Positions 27,207 to 36,690 of a stretch of 64,000 bases of DNA are shown in pieces. Origin of the DNA: Thermodesulfobacteriota bacterium (GTDB taxonomy: Bacteria > Desulfobacterota > Binatia > Bin18); the NCBI GenBank assembly GCA_964291405.2, contig OZ219926.1:2560001-2624000 (forward strand), read 5' to 3'. Positions within the stretch are counted from its first letter, which is position 1, and each line of letters starts with the position of its first letter. A program made the translations under genes and the position numbers. The notes under the pieces are model-generated. The model had not been told where the DNA came from. It was given only the letters and a program-made list of their open reading frames with translations, and searched no databases.

Positions 27207-28265
27207 ATGCAGGTCCGTTTGCTTACCCAATTCAATACAAGTCCGGCCCAGAGCGTAGCAACGGACCAGCATTTTCTTCACACCGTAGTTGAGACGCAGC
27301 TTCCGATCTTGCGCGTCTATACATACCCGGAGGATGTGCTGCTGCTCGGTCGGTATCACGCTGCCGGCACACTCGGCCAAGACCCAGGTCTGACAATCGC
27401 TCGGCGTCTGACTGGCGGGCGAGCCTTTCCGAGTGGTAACGGGTTTGTCCAGTTCTCCCTCATCGTCCCGCACTGTTCATACTTCTTCTCCGCCGACCCG
27501 CGCCACATCGCGCCGTTTCAGATCCTCAATCGTTACGTCCGCGGGGTACTGCACGGCCTGAAAACAGGTGGGGTTGAAGTCTTCTATCCAGGGCAGGATT
27601 TTCTGACGGTCCAGCGGCTGCCGGTCGGCTGGCACTCTTTTGTGACGGAAGACAGCGGAGCCGTGCTGTATGAAGGAGGCGTGTTTGTCCAACGGGATAT
27701 GAGTCTTCTTCCTCATCTTCTTGATCGGGTTGACCCACAGGGGACTCTTCCCTGTCATCTCTTTATGCCGGACCAGGTCCACAATCTTGGCAAAGTCCTC
27801 GGACGGTCTCTTGCACCAGACCAGGCCGCTCGTCTGCTCTGGAGCGGCTTTACCCAGCAGTTCGGGCTGGAATGCCTCGACCACGACCTTAACCAAAACG
27901 AGCGTGCAGCCATTCTGAGAAAACAGGAACAGTCTGACCTCGTTCCGAACAGTCGTCCCCTGCGCTCCGATCTCCTATATGCAGCAACAAGGCAAACCCC
28001 ACTTGGAGAGCTTCAGATTCGTTTCTCTCTTACCCCTGAGCGGACGGTCGAGGCGATCCAGTTCTCGGGTGATTTCATTGCCAACCCGGCCGGGATACAG
28101 GCGTTGGAGCACAATCTCGAGGGCTGTCCACTGGAGAAGGCCGTACTTTGGCAGGTCATTGACCAGACCTTTCTTGAGCCGGACTATTATCTGATTGGAG
28201 CGGGGAAATTAGCCGACTTACCCGGAGTGATGCTAGGCGCTTCTCCAGTCCCGCCAGTCAGGTAG
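27207..28265 (+). CDS. Lipoate-protein ligase family protein, divergent
   Basis: LRVYTY...LLLGRYH, RRLTGGRA, C-terminal SGDFIA domain; true start inferred at MQVRLL. Confidence 0.7.
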   Translation: MQVRLLTQFNTSPAQSVATDQHFLHTVVETQLPILRVYTYPEDVLLLGRYHAAGTLGQDPGLTIARRLTGGRAFPSGNGFVQFSLIVPHCSYFFSADPRHIAPFQILNRYVRGVLHGLKTGGVEVFYPGQDFLTVQRLPVGWHSFVTEDSGAVLYEGGVFVQRDMSLLPHLLDRVDPQGTLPCHLFMPDQVHNLGKVLGRSLAPDQAARLLWSGFTQQFGLECLDHDLNQNERAAILRKQEQSDLVPNSRPLRSDLLYAATRQTPLGELQIRFSLTPERTVEAIQFSGDFIANPAGIQALEHNLEGCPLEKAVLWQVIDQTFLEPDYYLIGAGKLADLPGVMLGASPVPPVR

Positions 28266-28268
28266 ACT

Positions 28269-29153
28269 ATGGAGCAGACCAAGAACAACGTGCTACAGCT
28301 CGATCAGCTTGCAGCCGGATTGCTCGCCGACGATGACCACACGCGGCTTTCAGCGCTCGCTCGGCTTGAGGCGGAGAGCGCATTCACGTCTCTCCCGGAC
28401 GATGTGGTTCGGAGCCTTTTAGTGTGTTTGGGACATACGACGAAAAAAATCCAACGCGGTGCGGCGACCGTCCTCACCCGATTTGCCCCCCAACAGCCTG
28501 AAATTATTGAAGCGCTGACTCACCGGCTGACGGACCCGGACCCACGGTTGCGCTGGACCGCGGCTTTTACCCTCTCTCAGCTCGATCTGCCGAGCCCCTC
28601 GCCTCAAAGAGTAAACGTGTCCTCCAATCAGACACAACTGCTGGACACGTCTACTCTTCTTCCCGTTTTGATCGAAAACCTGGGCCATCAGGAAAGCGAC
28701 CTCCGCTGGGCAGCAGCAACTGCTGTCTTGCAGCTCGCCCGGCACCATGCTCAAGACGTTGCTCACGCCATGATCCAGCTTGCGAATACGGGTAATGCGG
28801 TGCAACGCCGTATGGCCCTCTACTGCCTGCGTGACCTGAAGCAAACGGATCAAATGGCCCAAGAAGCCTATCTCACCAGCCTGCGTGACGAGGACCCTAT
28901 GGTCCGCCTGGGTGGTCTATCCTGTTTGGGTAAGCTCCGATTGACCAGTGAAACAATTCGAGAAGCGATGATCCGGCTTTTAGAACACGACCCGGACCCG
29001 GGTGTCCGCCGTGCGGCTGCCGTGACCTGCGGACAGATCGGCGACACGGACACACATATCGTTGAAGCGTTGCGGCGAGCGTCTCAAGCGGCTGACACCA
29101 GCCTCAGCAAAGCATCGACCGGAGCACTGAAGAAACTGCTACCCCGGACGTAA
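28269..29153 (+). CDS. HEAT/PBS-lyase repeat protein
   Basis: Repeated L.DPDP.(V/L)R..AA..L motifs. Confidence 0.85.
   Translation: MEQTKNNVLQLDQLAAGLLADDDHTRLSALARLEAESAFTSLPDDVVRSLLVCLGHTTKKIQRGAATVLTRFAPQQPEIIEALTHRLTDPDPRLRWTAAFTLSQLDLPSPSPQRVNVSSNQTQLLDTSTLLPVLIENLGHQESDLRWAAATAVLQLARHHAQDVAHAMIQLANTGNAVQRRMALYCLRDLKQTDQMAQEAYLTSLRDEDPMVRLGGLSCLGKLRLTSETIREAMIRLLEHDPDPGVRRAAAVTCGQIGDTDTHIVEALRRASQAADTSLSKASTGALKKLLPRT
28606..28659 (+). repeat. Dispersed palindromic element, copy 2, in frame inside the HEAT gene
   Basis: AAAGAGTAAACGTGTCC-N20-GGACACGTCTACTCTTC, 54 bp; translated as QRVNVSSNQTQLLDTSTL. Confidence 0.85.
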
Positions 29154-29171
29154 AACGTGGGTGATGAAGTT

Positions 29172-29408
29172 TTACGACAAATAGCCCATCGGCTCGTTTT
29201 TCAGCAGTTCAACAATCACCTGCTGCCGGGTCTTGGGCCGCGTTTGGTTTTGTCTCTTCCCATCCAAGACAAACAGACCGCGCTTATACGTTCCACCGCC
29301 GTGCTGACACGTGTCCCACAACCGCTGCCACCGCTCGGGCGAGCGGACCCACTGTCTGAGAATTTTCTCTTGGTTGGTCATCCTTCCGTCTTGACTGAAT
29401 TCTGACAT
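29172..29408 (-). CDS. Small hypothetical protein
   Basis: 78-aa ORF filling the gap and co-oriented with the MMPL gene; no recognised motif. Confidence 0.45.
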   Translation of the reverse strand: MSEFSQDGRMTNQEKILRQWVRSPERWQRLWDTCQHGGGTYKRGLFVLDGKRQNQTRPKTRQQVIVELLKNEPMGYLS

Positions 29409-29516
29409 GAGCGCAAGAGCCGTACCTGGAAAGTCAGGGTATGCGATGGAAGACCGCTTCCATTATGAGCAGGCTCTCCTTCTCCGTGTTAAACCAGGCT
29501 TACGGGGAAACCGGAC

Positions 29517-32042
29517 TTACGCGGTCTGCCCCTCTACACTCGGCTGTGGCGTTCCGACCAAAGCCGTTTTTTCCCCGTATACGAAGCGAGGTTTGAACGT
29601 ATTCAGGATCGCCGGCAGGACGGTCATCGAAACCAAGAGACAGGCGCCCATATTCAGCGACAGCATGGCTCCAAGATAAAAATTGGGCCGAAAATTCGAG
29701 GTGAGGAAGACCAAGAAGCTCGCCGTCACAACGAGTGCATTAAAAAAGATCGCTTTGCCCGACGTCGCCATAGTGGCTGCGGTAATCTCTTCCGGGTCAG
29801 TCAATCCAGAGCGGATTTTAATCCGGTATTTATTCAGGAAATGGATCGTATAATCGATGCCAATACCAATCACCATGGAGGCGGTCAACGATTTACCAAC
29901 CTCAAGGGGAATGCCAAGCAGCCCGAGCAGTCCAAAACTGAAGACCATGACTAAACTAATCGGGATAATATTAATCAGCCCAGCGACCCAGGAGCGAAAC
30001 ATAAACGCCGTCAATAAAAAGACGGCCACGAGTGAGACGACGAGACTGGCCAACTGCCCAGACACCACCAGTTCGCTGAAACGGGTGGTCAGATAGCCAT
30101 TGCCGGCGATCCCAAGCCGAAAACCGCTGTTGGTTTCCCAACCAATAACCGTCGGCTCAATGCCAGCCAGCCAGCGTCCAAAGCGGATAGACCACGGATC
30201 CTGTGAGCCAGTATCGGCTGTGCCGCTATCCCCTGCCTGCCCAAACTCACGCACGGCAAAGTCTTGCACAATCCCAACCACGCGTTCGATGTCCTGGGTG
30301 CTATCCGACCGCAAAAATATGGTCATGTTGGCGTGCTGATAGTCATAATCCACGATTTCATCAAAATCGTCCGGGTCGCCAGAGAAGGAATAGAGCAACA
30401 GGTACTGGGCGACGAGGTCTTGCGAGTCCGGAATCACCTCCATTTCGGGCCGATCCTCGTTCATCACCCGGTTCATGCGTTTGATATACTCGGCTAACGA
30501 TAGCGACCCGCCAACGATAGGGTCTTGTTCGACGACGGTTTGGAGGCGGTCGAGTGTGGCGAGCAGCACCGGGTCTTTGAGCAGATCGGGCTGATGGCCT
30601 TCAATCGCGATATACAGCGGTAGATTGCCTTGGAAGGTCTCGCCTAGGACGGTATCCGCAATCCGCACGGGACTGTGTGGATCGGACATCTTGATAAATG
30701 AGGTATCGACAAAAATGCGCTGCGCACCAAGCAGACACACCAGCATGACACTGGCTGTCACGCCCCCCACCACGAGTGGTTTTCGCGCAACGCCGACGCC
30801 TAAGCGGGAGAGCGTCCGTGCCGCCCAGCCCGTCGCCGCGAGGTCACCACTGCGGCCCATTTGGGCGCGCAAGCCACGGCTGACTTTGACCGGCAGGAGG
30901 CTCAACAGGGCCGGAAAAAAGGTGATGGAGAAGACCATCGCGGCCAGGACGCCAACAGAGGTGAAGATGCCAAAATAGCGGATCGGAAGAATGCTGGCGG
31001 TCAGGAAGGATAAAAACCCGGCCGCCGTCGTCAAGGAGGTGAAGACCACCGGCTGCCACATCTCTTGCATCGCGGCGAGGACCGCGTCGACTGAGGAAAC
31101 GTCCGGATGTTGCAAGACCTCATCGTAATAACGGCTCAGAATATGAATGCCATTTGCCACCCCAACCGCCATCAGGATAACCGGCATCATGGTGGAAATG
31201 GAATACATCGGAACACCCACGGCCGCCATAATGCCTAACGTCCAAATCACGGAGACGCCGACCACCGCCAAGGGGAGCAGGACGCCGCGCACACTCCGAT
31301 AGGTAAAATACAGCGTGCCGAGGACAATCACGAGAATGAGCGGGATGAAGGTCTCCATGTCCTGCCGCATCCCCTCCTCAAAGGTGACTTCCAGAGCGCC
31401 TTGGCCCGCAATATGGAATTCCTCTGGAGCGCCGGCCGCTTTTTTCGCCTCAACCATATCCCGGATCGTCGTATAAACAGCCATCCGTCTGGCCGTGCCC
31501 TCGATAGTCCCTCCGCCAGGTTCCATTTTGGCCGTGATGAGCATCCCGGTGCCGTCCTGGGAGACGACCCAATTGACGAACATCGAATTGTGAAAGAGGG
31601 CCTGCCGTAATGCGTCGAGTGACTCGGGTGAGTGAGGCACCGTTTCCATGAACGGATCAACGGCCATGCCGTCCGCCGTCCCGGTGATATTATCGAGCGT
31701 GGCCACACTCGCCACGTCTTCATCGCGGACGGCTTTGATGCCGGGCAACAGGGCGATCTTTTCCGAGAATTCTTTGATCGTCGCGAGCGTACGCGGATTG
31801 AAGACGCCGTTTTCGCCCGGATTTTTATTCAGAACTCCGATAACAATCAGATCGCGTATACCAAAGCGCTCCTCGACCAGGTCGTTATAGCTCATGACCG
31901 GATCGTTTTGGGGAATAAAGGCGTCAGCATCGCCCTCAAAGCGCAACGACTGCAGCTGGACCCAGGCCAGGCCGGTACAGCCCAGAACAAGGCAAATGAC
32001 TAAGAAACGAAAGCGGATGATCCAGCGGAAAAATGACTCCAT
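29517..32042 (-). CDS. MMPL/RND-family transporter
   Basis: Two repeats of 1+5 TM helices with large loops; FTSLTTAAGF and GIGIDYTIH motifs; RBS AAGGAG. Confidence 0.9.
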   Translation of the reverse strand: MESFFRWIIRFRFLVICLVLGCTGLAWVQLQSLRFEGDADAFIPQNDPVMSYNDLVEERFGIRDLIVIGVLNKNPGENGVFNPRTLATIKEFSEKIALLPGIKAVRDEDVASVATLDNITGTADGMAVDPFMETVPHSPESLDALRQALFHNSMFVNWVVSQDGTGMLITAKMEPGGGTIEGTARRMAVYTTIRDMVEAKKAAGAPEEFHIAGQGALEVTFEEGMRQDMETFIPLILVIVLGTLYFTYRSVRGVLLPLAVVGVSVIWTLGIMAAVGVPMYSISTMMPVILMAVGVANGIHILSRYYDEVLQHPDVSSVDAVLAAMQEMWQPVVFTSLTTAAGFLSFLTASILPIRYFGIFTSVGVLAAMVFSITFFPALLSLLPVKVSRGLRAQMGRSGDLAATGWAARTLSRLGVGVARKPLVVGGVTASVMLVCLLGAQRIFVDTSFIKMSDPHSPVRIADTVLGETFQGNLPLYIAIEGHQPDLLKDPVLLATLDRLQTVVEQDPIVGGSLSLAEYIKRMNRVMNEDRPEMEVIPDSQDLVAQYLLLYSFSGDPDDFDEIVDYDYQHANMTIFLRSDSTQDIERVVGIVQDFAVREFGQAGDSGTADTGSQDPWSIRFGRWLAGIEPTVIGWETNSGFRLGIAGNGYLTTRFSELVVSGQLASLVVSLVAVFLLTAFMFRSWVAGLINIIPISLVMVFSFGLLGLLGIPLEVGKSLTASMVIGIGIDYTIHFLNKYRIKIRSGLTDPEEITAATMATSGKAIFFNALVVTASFLVFLTSNFRPNFYLGAMLSLNMGACLLVSMTVLPAILNTFKPRFVYGEKTALVGTPQPSVEGQTA

Positions 32043-32157
32043 GCTGACGATAGCTCCTTATACTTTTGGCACTGACACTTCTAAGTAGATGCGAGAGAGA
32101 GTTCCCCGCTACTCGGGCGAAGCGACAATTAGCAGGAGCAGAGGAGATAAGCTATAA

Positions 32158-32364
32158 GCGAGGCAGATCGTCTACACCCTGACCGAGAAGGGAATCGCTC
32201 TGATCCCTGTCCTGGTAGAACTGGTGCGCTGGGGAGCACGCTACGCCGGTGTGCCCAATTTTGACTGCGACGAGGTTCGACGGATTCAGCAGGATAGGCG
32301 GTACACGCAACGCGTCATACGCGAACTGACGAAAGGCTGTACCTCCACTCCTGAACGCTCTTAG
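32158..32364 (+). pseudogene. C-terminal half of an HxlR-family winged-HTH regulator
   Basis: RQIVYTLTEKGIALIPVLVELVRWGARY; in-frame TAA directly upstream and no start codon. Confidence 0.7.
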
Positions 32365-33188
32365 CCTTCCCTCTGCTCCTCGAAGGTCCGATCGATCCGT
32401 TCAAACCGTCGCCGGATGGGTGTCCGGCTTTCCTCGTGGGGCAGGATGTAGAGACGATTGGCAACGATGGCATCCACAACTTGCATTGCAACATCCTCCA
32501 CGTCCAGGACCCGACCGGCGAGATTTTGATTGTCTTCTCCCTGGTCGAGCACGGGTGGTGACGCCTCCGGACCCCCCAACTCGTTGGGACGATTGCGCTC
32601 CGAGTGACCAATATTGGTGGCCACACGCATCGGACACAGGACAGACACTCCAATATCGTGCGCCCGTAGCTCCCGACGCAGAACCTCAGCTAAAGCCACG
32701 ACTCCATACTTGGAAACACAGTACGGACCTAGTCCAACGTTGGGGACGAGGCCGGCAAACGAGGCGGTAAACAGCAGATGACCGCCCTGACCTTGAGCGA
32801 TCATGCGTTGCGTAAAGGCTTCAACACCGTGGATCGGACCCCATAAATTGACCCGCATGGTCCACTCCCAGTCGCTATGCTTCATTTCAGCGATTGGCCC
32901 GCCAACAGCAACCCCAGCATTATGGAATACAATGTGAACCGCGCCCATTTTTTCAAATGCGGTGTCAGCCAGGTGTTGAACGGCCTTCAGGTCGCCGATA
33001 TCGCAGACGACTCCCTCTACGGCGGCGTCTGTCGCTGCGAGCTCAGCAACTGCCCGGTCCAGGGCCGACTCTTCAATATCGGCTAACACGAGTCGGACGC
33101 CTCGACTGGCAAGGCGGCGGGCGGTGGCAAAGCCTATCCCACTTGCCCCACCCGTGATGACGGCAACTTTAGCGGCGAGGTGTTCCAT
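32361..33188 (-). CDS. SDR-family oxidoreductase
   Basis: TGGASGIG, HNAGV and YCVSK motifs. Confidence 0.93.
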   Translation of the reverse strand: MEHLAAKVAVITGGASGIGFATARRLASRGVRLVLADIEESALDRAVAELAATDAAVEGVVCDIGDLKAVQHLADTAFEKMGAVHIVFHNAGVAVGGPIAEMKHSDWEWTMRVNLWGPIHGVEAFTQRMIAQGQGGHLLFTASFAGLVPNVGLGPYCVSKYGVVALAEVLRRELRAHDIGVSVLCPMRVATNIGHSERNRPNELGGPEASPPVLDQGEDNQNLAGRVLDVEDVAMQVVDAIVANRLYILPHEESRTPIRRRFERIDRTFEEQREG

Positions 33189-33220
33189 GCTTTATTCCCT
33201 TTCATGTGTCGGGCAGGGGC

Positions 33221-34945
33221 TTACTCAATGACCAGGAGGCCCTCAACAAAGCGGAGGTCGGCGGCCTGGACATCGATAGCCAGGGCCTCTTCAATCGTGT
33301 CGCGTGCATAGGCCGCAAGGGGGCCAAGGGCATGCAACTCCTGTGGCGTGATTGCGAGCGGTGAGCGGCGAGCCCCCCTTATGAAGGGGGGGTGGGGGGA
33401 TAGAAAGTGCGTCTGGAACGCCTCCCAGCGTTCTTCGAGGGTGGCATGCGGGAGCTGGTCGTGAAGCGCCTGAAGCTCGACCCGGTTCAAGGGGTGAATA
33501 CTAAGCTGATTTTCAAGGACCCACCGCGCAAAGGCTGTATTCAAAAGAGCAGTCAGGCAAACTCCTTCAGGCGCCTTTTCTTCGGGTAATATGGACCAGC
33601 GCCGGAAGACCCAGAACCAGGTCGGGATCTGGGCCAGCAGCGATTCGACCTGTCGAATCTCGGACAGTTGCCCAAAGCGTCGGGACACGATCTCGCCCGG
33701 TGTCTCCAGACCAACAAAAAAGAGCGGCTCGCGTCGTCTGATCCCGGCATACATCTCCCGAAACGGCGGATCGAGATAGCTCTCCCACTCGGACAGACCG
33801 CTCTCATCTAGCTGCGTAGCCATGAGACCGGCCTGCTGCTGGAGGCGCTGGAGCAGGCCCCAGCCGGTCTGGAAGAACGGACGAATCTGTGTCGTTTGGA
33901 GGAGTTCACGCGCGACGGTCCCATCTTCTTTGGCCACGTAGGACAGACCAATATTGACATAGTCGTGCGCCATGCCAACGCAGCGACGAATTTCGCTGAC
34001 TTCTCCGGTATCCCGGGCCTCAGCCGTGACAATATTATTGGTCAGATAGGCGAGTTCCTGGCCAATCTGCGCAATGATCTGGTGTGGCAGGCTCGCCAAT
34101 ACCTGGGAGAAAAAAGACGTGGGCTCGGCGAGCAGCGCTAAAGCGTGATCGGGTGGCGTAATCGTCTCATCCCCAGCAGCAAGATGAAGCGTGTCGGGGG
34201 AACGCTGATATGCCTGTAGCGGAATGGAGTCCGGCGGGATAAAGCGGAAGAGCGCTTGCGCCTCTTCATATATCGGATAGCCACGGTCTTCGAGGCGCGC
34301 CGCTCGCCAGCGAAACGCCTGCTCTTCAAGGCCGCTTTCGAGTTCAAACAAACTGTTTTCGAGCGCGTGGAGATACCTGCGATAATCGAGCGTACGGAGT
34401 TGCTCAAGCAGGAGGTATAAAATGGGCTCCGACTCGCCGCGGAAGCGGAGGAGATACTGATCGTCGAAGGTGAAATATTTGGACTCGTCAAAGTCCGGCT
34501 CCTCCTCGATATCCACTTTGCGGACAACCTCAAAGTGGCGTTGAATCAGGAAGACCAGGAGTTCGATGTCGGCGTGCAAGATCCATTCAGCCAGCTTACT
34601 ACTCCCGCTTTCATCGAGCAGCATCAGCCAGTTTGTCAAACGCTCGTCATCCAATCTGTCCTTGCGCCAACAGTCCAAGTCCAGCATGTCGCGTACCTGT
34701 TCAGGCGCCGCCATTGTCAGGAGTCCGACCGCATCGTGTAGCCCAATCTCCTTGAGTGTATACAGCAACGTCTCAGAGGAGAGCGCCCGGACTATTGCCA
34801 CACCATTCTTTGCCGAGAGAAGGAATTCTTGCCGCTCTTTGGCCTCGAGCTGCACCAGTTGAGCTGTCTGTTCGGCGACTGAGAGCTCGGGCAGACCGGA
34901 CGGGTCGGGATGGAGCACATGCTCAGAATCCGTCATAGGTTTCAC
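33221..34945 (-). CDS. DUF6178-like conserved hypothetical protein
   Basis: KEIGLHDA..LL..A..EQ...MLDLDCW, ELESGLEEQAFRWRAARLEDRGYP pattern recalled for this family. Confidence 0.7.
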   Translation of the reverse strand: MKPMTDSEHVLHPDPSGLPELSVAEQTAQLVQLEAKERQEFLLSAKNGVAIVRALSSETLLYTLKEIGLHDAVGLLTMAAPEQVRDMLDLDCWRKDRLDDERLTNWLMLLDESGSSKLAEWILHADIELLVFLIQRHFEVVRKVDIEEEPDFDESKYFTFDDQYLLRFRGESEPILYLLLEQLRTLDYRRYLHALENSLFELESGLEEQAFRWRAARLEDRGYPIYEEAQALFRFIPPDSIPLQAYQRSPDTLHLAAGDETITPPDHALALLAEPTSFFSQVLASLPHQIIAQIGQELAYLTNNIVTAEARDTGEVSEIRRCVGMAHDYVNIGLSYVAKEDGTVARELLQTTQIRPFFQTGWGLLQRLQQQAGLMATQLDESGLSEWESYLDPPFREMYAGIRRREPLFFVGLETPGEIVSRRFGQLSEIRQVESLLAQIPTWFWVFRRWSILPEEKAPEGVCLTALLNTAFARWVLENQLSIHPLNRVELQALHDQLPHATLEERWEAFQTHFLSPHPPFIRGARRSPLAITPQELHALGPLAAYARDTIEEALAIDVQAADLRFVEGLLVIE

Positions 34946-35814
34946 TCGGTCTGCGTATAGTGATCGATAAAGGCCAGGGCCTGGTCCCAGCCGAGTAGGC
35001 CGTTGAACACCTCATTAAACGGCAGCATCTCATGCCACGTTCCCTGGGTTGTGCCGGTCTCTCGGAGCGTCTGTAAGGTTTTTTTCATATGGTACGCCGC
35101 AGCCAGGACGTTGGTTACCGGATAGATGGCAAGACAAAACCCGAGATCCTCAAGGTCGCGCGCGGGCAGGAATGGCGTCTTCCCGCCTTCAACCATATTG
35201 ACCATAAGCGGGGTAGTCGAAAATTCGCGGCAGACCAACTCCATCTGTTTGACTGACTCGAACGCCTCAAAGAACAGCATATCTGTTCCGGACTCCAGAC
35301 AGGCGGACGCCCGTGCCATAGCATCGTCGAGCCCATTCACGGCAATCGCGTCAATCCGGGCAATGATGACGGTGTCAGGATTCGTCCGGTTGTCCACCGC
35401 GGCCCGAATTTTGGCAGTATGGTCAGCGGCCGAGACCAAGCGTTTTCCACCCAGATGACCGCAGCGGCGCGGTACATCCTGATCCTCAATGTGGAGACCG
35501 GCGACATGCACCCGCTCATATTCCTGGACCATCCTGACGACATTCAAGACGGAACCAAAGCCTGCTTCGGCATCAGCGATGACCGGAACACTCACTGCAC
35601 GACAGACGCCTTCGAGTTGGATAACCATCTCGGTCAGCGTCCGCATTCCAAAGTCTGGATAGCCCAGCGCGCCAGCAGAGACACCGCCGGAGTAGTATAC
35701 CAGCGGAAATCCCGCTTCTTCGACAAGTCGAGCGGAAATAACATCATAGGCACCTGCGGCCATGAGAAACTGGTCCTGGGAAAGTAGGGTTCGGAGAGAT
35801 TGAGTCTGGGACAT
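34942..35814 (-). CDS. Isocitrate lyase/PEP mutase family protein
   Basis: GAYDVISA, GYPDFG, DAEAGFG, IEDQ..PRRCGH, NMVEGGKTP. Confidence 0.9.
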   Translation of the reverse strand: MSQTQSLRTLLSQDQFLMAAGAYDVISARLVEEAGFPLVYYSGGVSAGALGYPDFGMRTLTEMVIQLEGVCRAVSVPVIADAEAGFGSVLNVVRMVQEYERVHVAGLHIEDQDVPRRCGHLGGKRLVSAADHTAKIRAAVDNRTNPDTVIIARIDAIAVNGLDDAMARASACLESGTDMLFFEAFESVKQMELVCREFSTTPLMVNMVEGGKTPFLPARDLEDLGFCLAIYPVTNVLAAAYHMKKTLQTLRETGTTQGTWHEMLPFNEVFNGLLGWDQALAFIDHYTQTE

Positions 35815-35950
35815 GAAAAGAGAAACTCCTTACAACTGAAGAATACGAATATCCGGAGGGTCATTTCTGACACGCGAGGAGCGCTTGTCAAGGGAGGAAA
35901 GAAAACATCTCACCCCTTGCTTTTCGGCGCGGAGTCAGCCACAAGGGCGA

Positions 35951-36004
35951 AAAGAGTCGATGTGTCTGCCAATCAGACACATCTGCCGAACACGGTTACT
36001 CTTT
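35951..36004 (+). repeat. Dispersed palindromic element, copy 3 (degenerate)
   Basis: AAAGAGTCGATGTGTCT-GCCAATCAGACACATCTGCC-GAACACGGTTACTCTTT; loop nearly identical to copy 2. Confidence 0.75.
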
Positions 36005-36021
36005 TCAGAGGAGGGAATGGT

Positions 36022-36636
36022 ATGAGTAATCTTGCGTATCAAGACAACAGTTACACACTCGAACAGCTTGCCGAAGATGTGGAAGCGCTGGTCGCCCGTG
36101 AAAGGGAACACGCCGCGATTGTTGCGGCGGCGGAACCCCTGCTGGAACGTTTTCTGGCCGCTGGCAGCCTTCCGGAAGAGTACTGTCAACCAGCTCCTGG
36201 TCGTATTACTACTGAGCATAAAGACTTCACCCTGTATCGCCTCCACCGTGGGCCTGAAGACTGCTTTAATATTATGGTCGCCATCTGGCCCCCAGGCGGA
36301 TCGAGCGGGGTGCACGATCATGCCGGGAACTGGGTCGTCGAAGGTGTGTATCGGAACCAGCTCCATACCATTCGGTATAAACGTCTCGACGCTGGGACGC
36401 AGCCGGGATATGCGGAACTGCGCGAGACCACCGCGCTCGACCTCCGACCGGGTGATGTCGCCCACGTCCTGTCTCCGAACGAAGAGGTCCATGATTTTCT
36501 GAACCAGACCGACGAGCCGGTTGTGAGCGTCCATATCTATGGTGGGGATATCAGCACCGAAACGCTGAACTATTTTGACCCGGCCGGCAAGTCGGTCGAG
36601 CGTGTTGCCCACGACCTGCAATACGATAACGAATAG
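36022..36636 (+). CDS. Cysteine/thiol dioxygenase family cupin
   Basis: WPPG..SGVHDH..W, EVH and SVHIYG motifs; RBS GAGGAGGG. Confidence 0.82.
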   Translation: MSNLAYQDNSYTLEQLAEDVEALVAREREHAAIVAAAEPLLERFLAAGSLPEEYCQPAPGRITTEHKDFTLYRLHRGPEDCFNIMVAIWPPGGSSGVHDHAGNWVVEGVYRNQLHTIRYKRLDAGTQPGYAELRETTALDLRPGDVAHVLSPNEEVHDFLNQTDEPVVSVHIYGGDISTETLNYFDPAGKSVERVAHDLQYDNE

Positions 36637-36690
36637 GCGCTTCGGAGAGAAGAGACTGCCCCTATCTCTGCGTGGTCAGGCTCTCACCCT

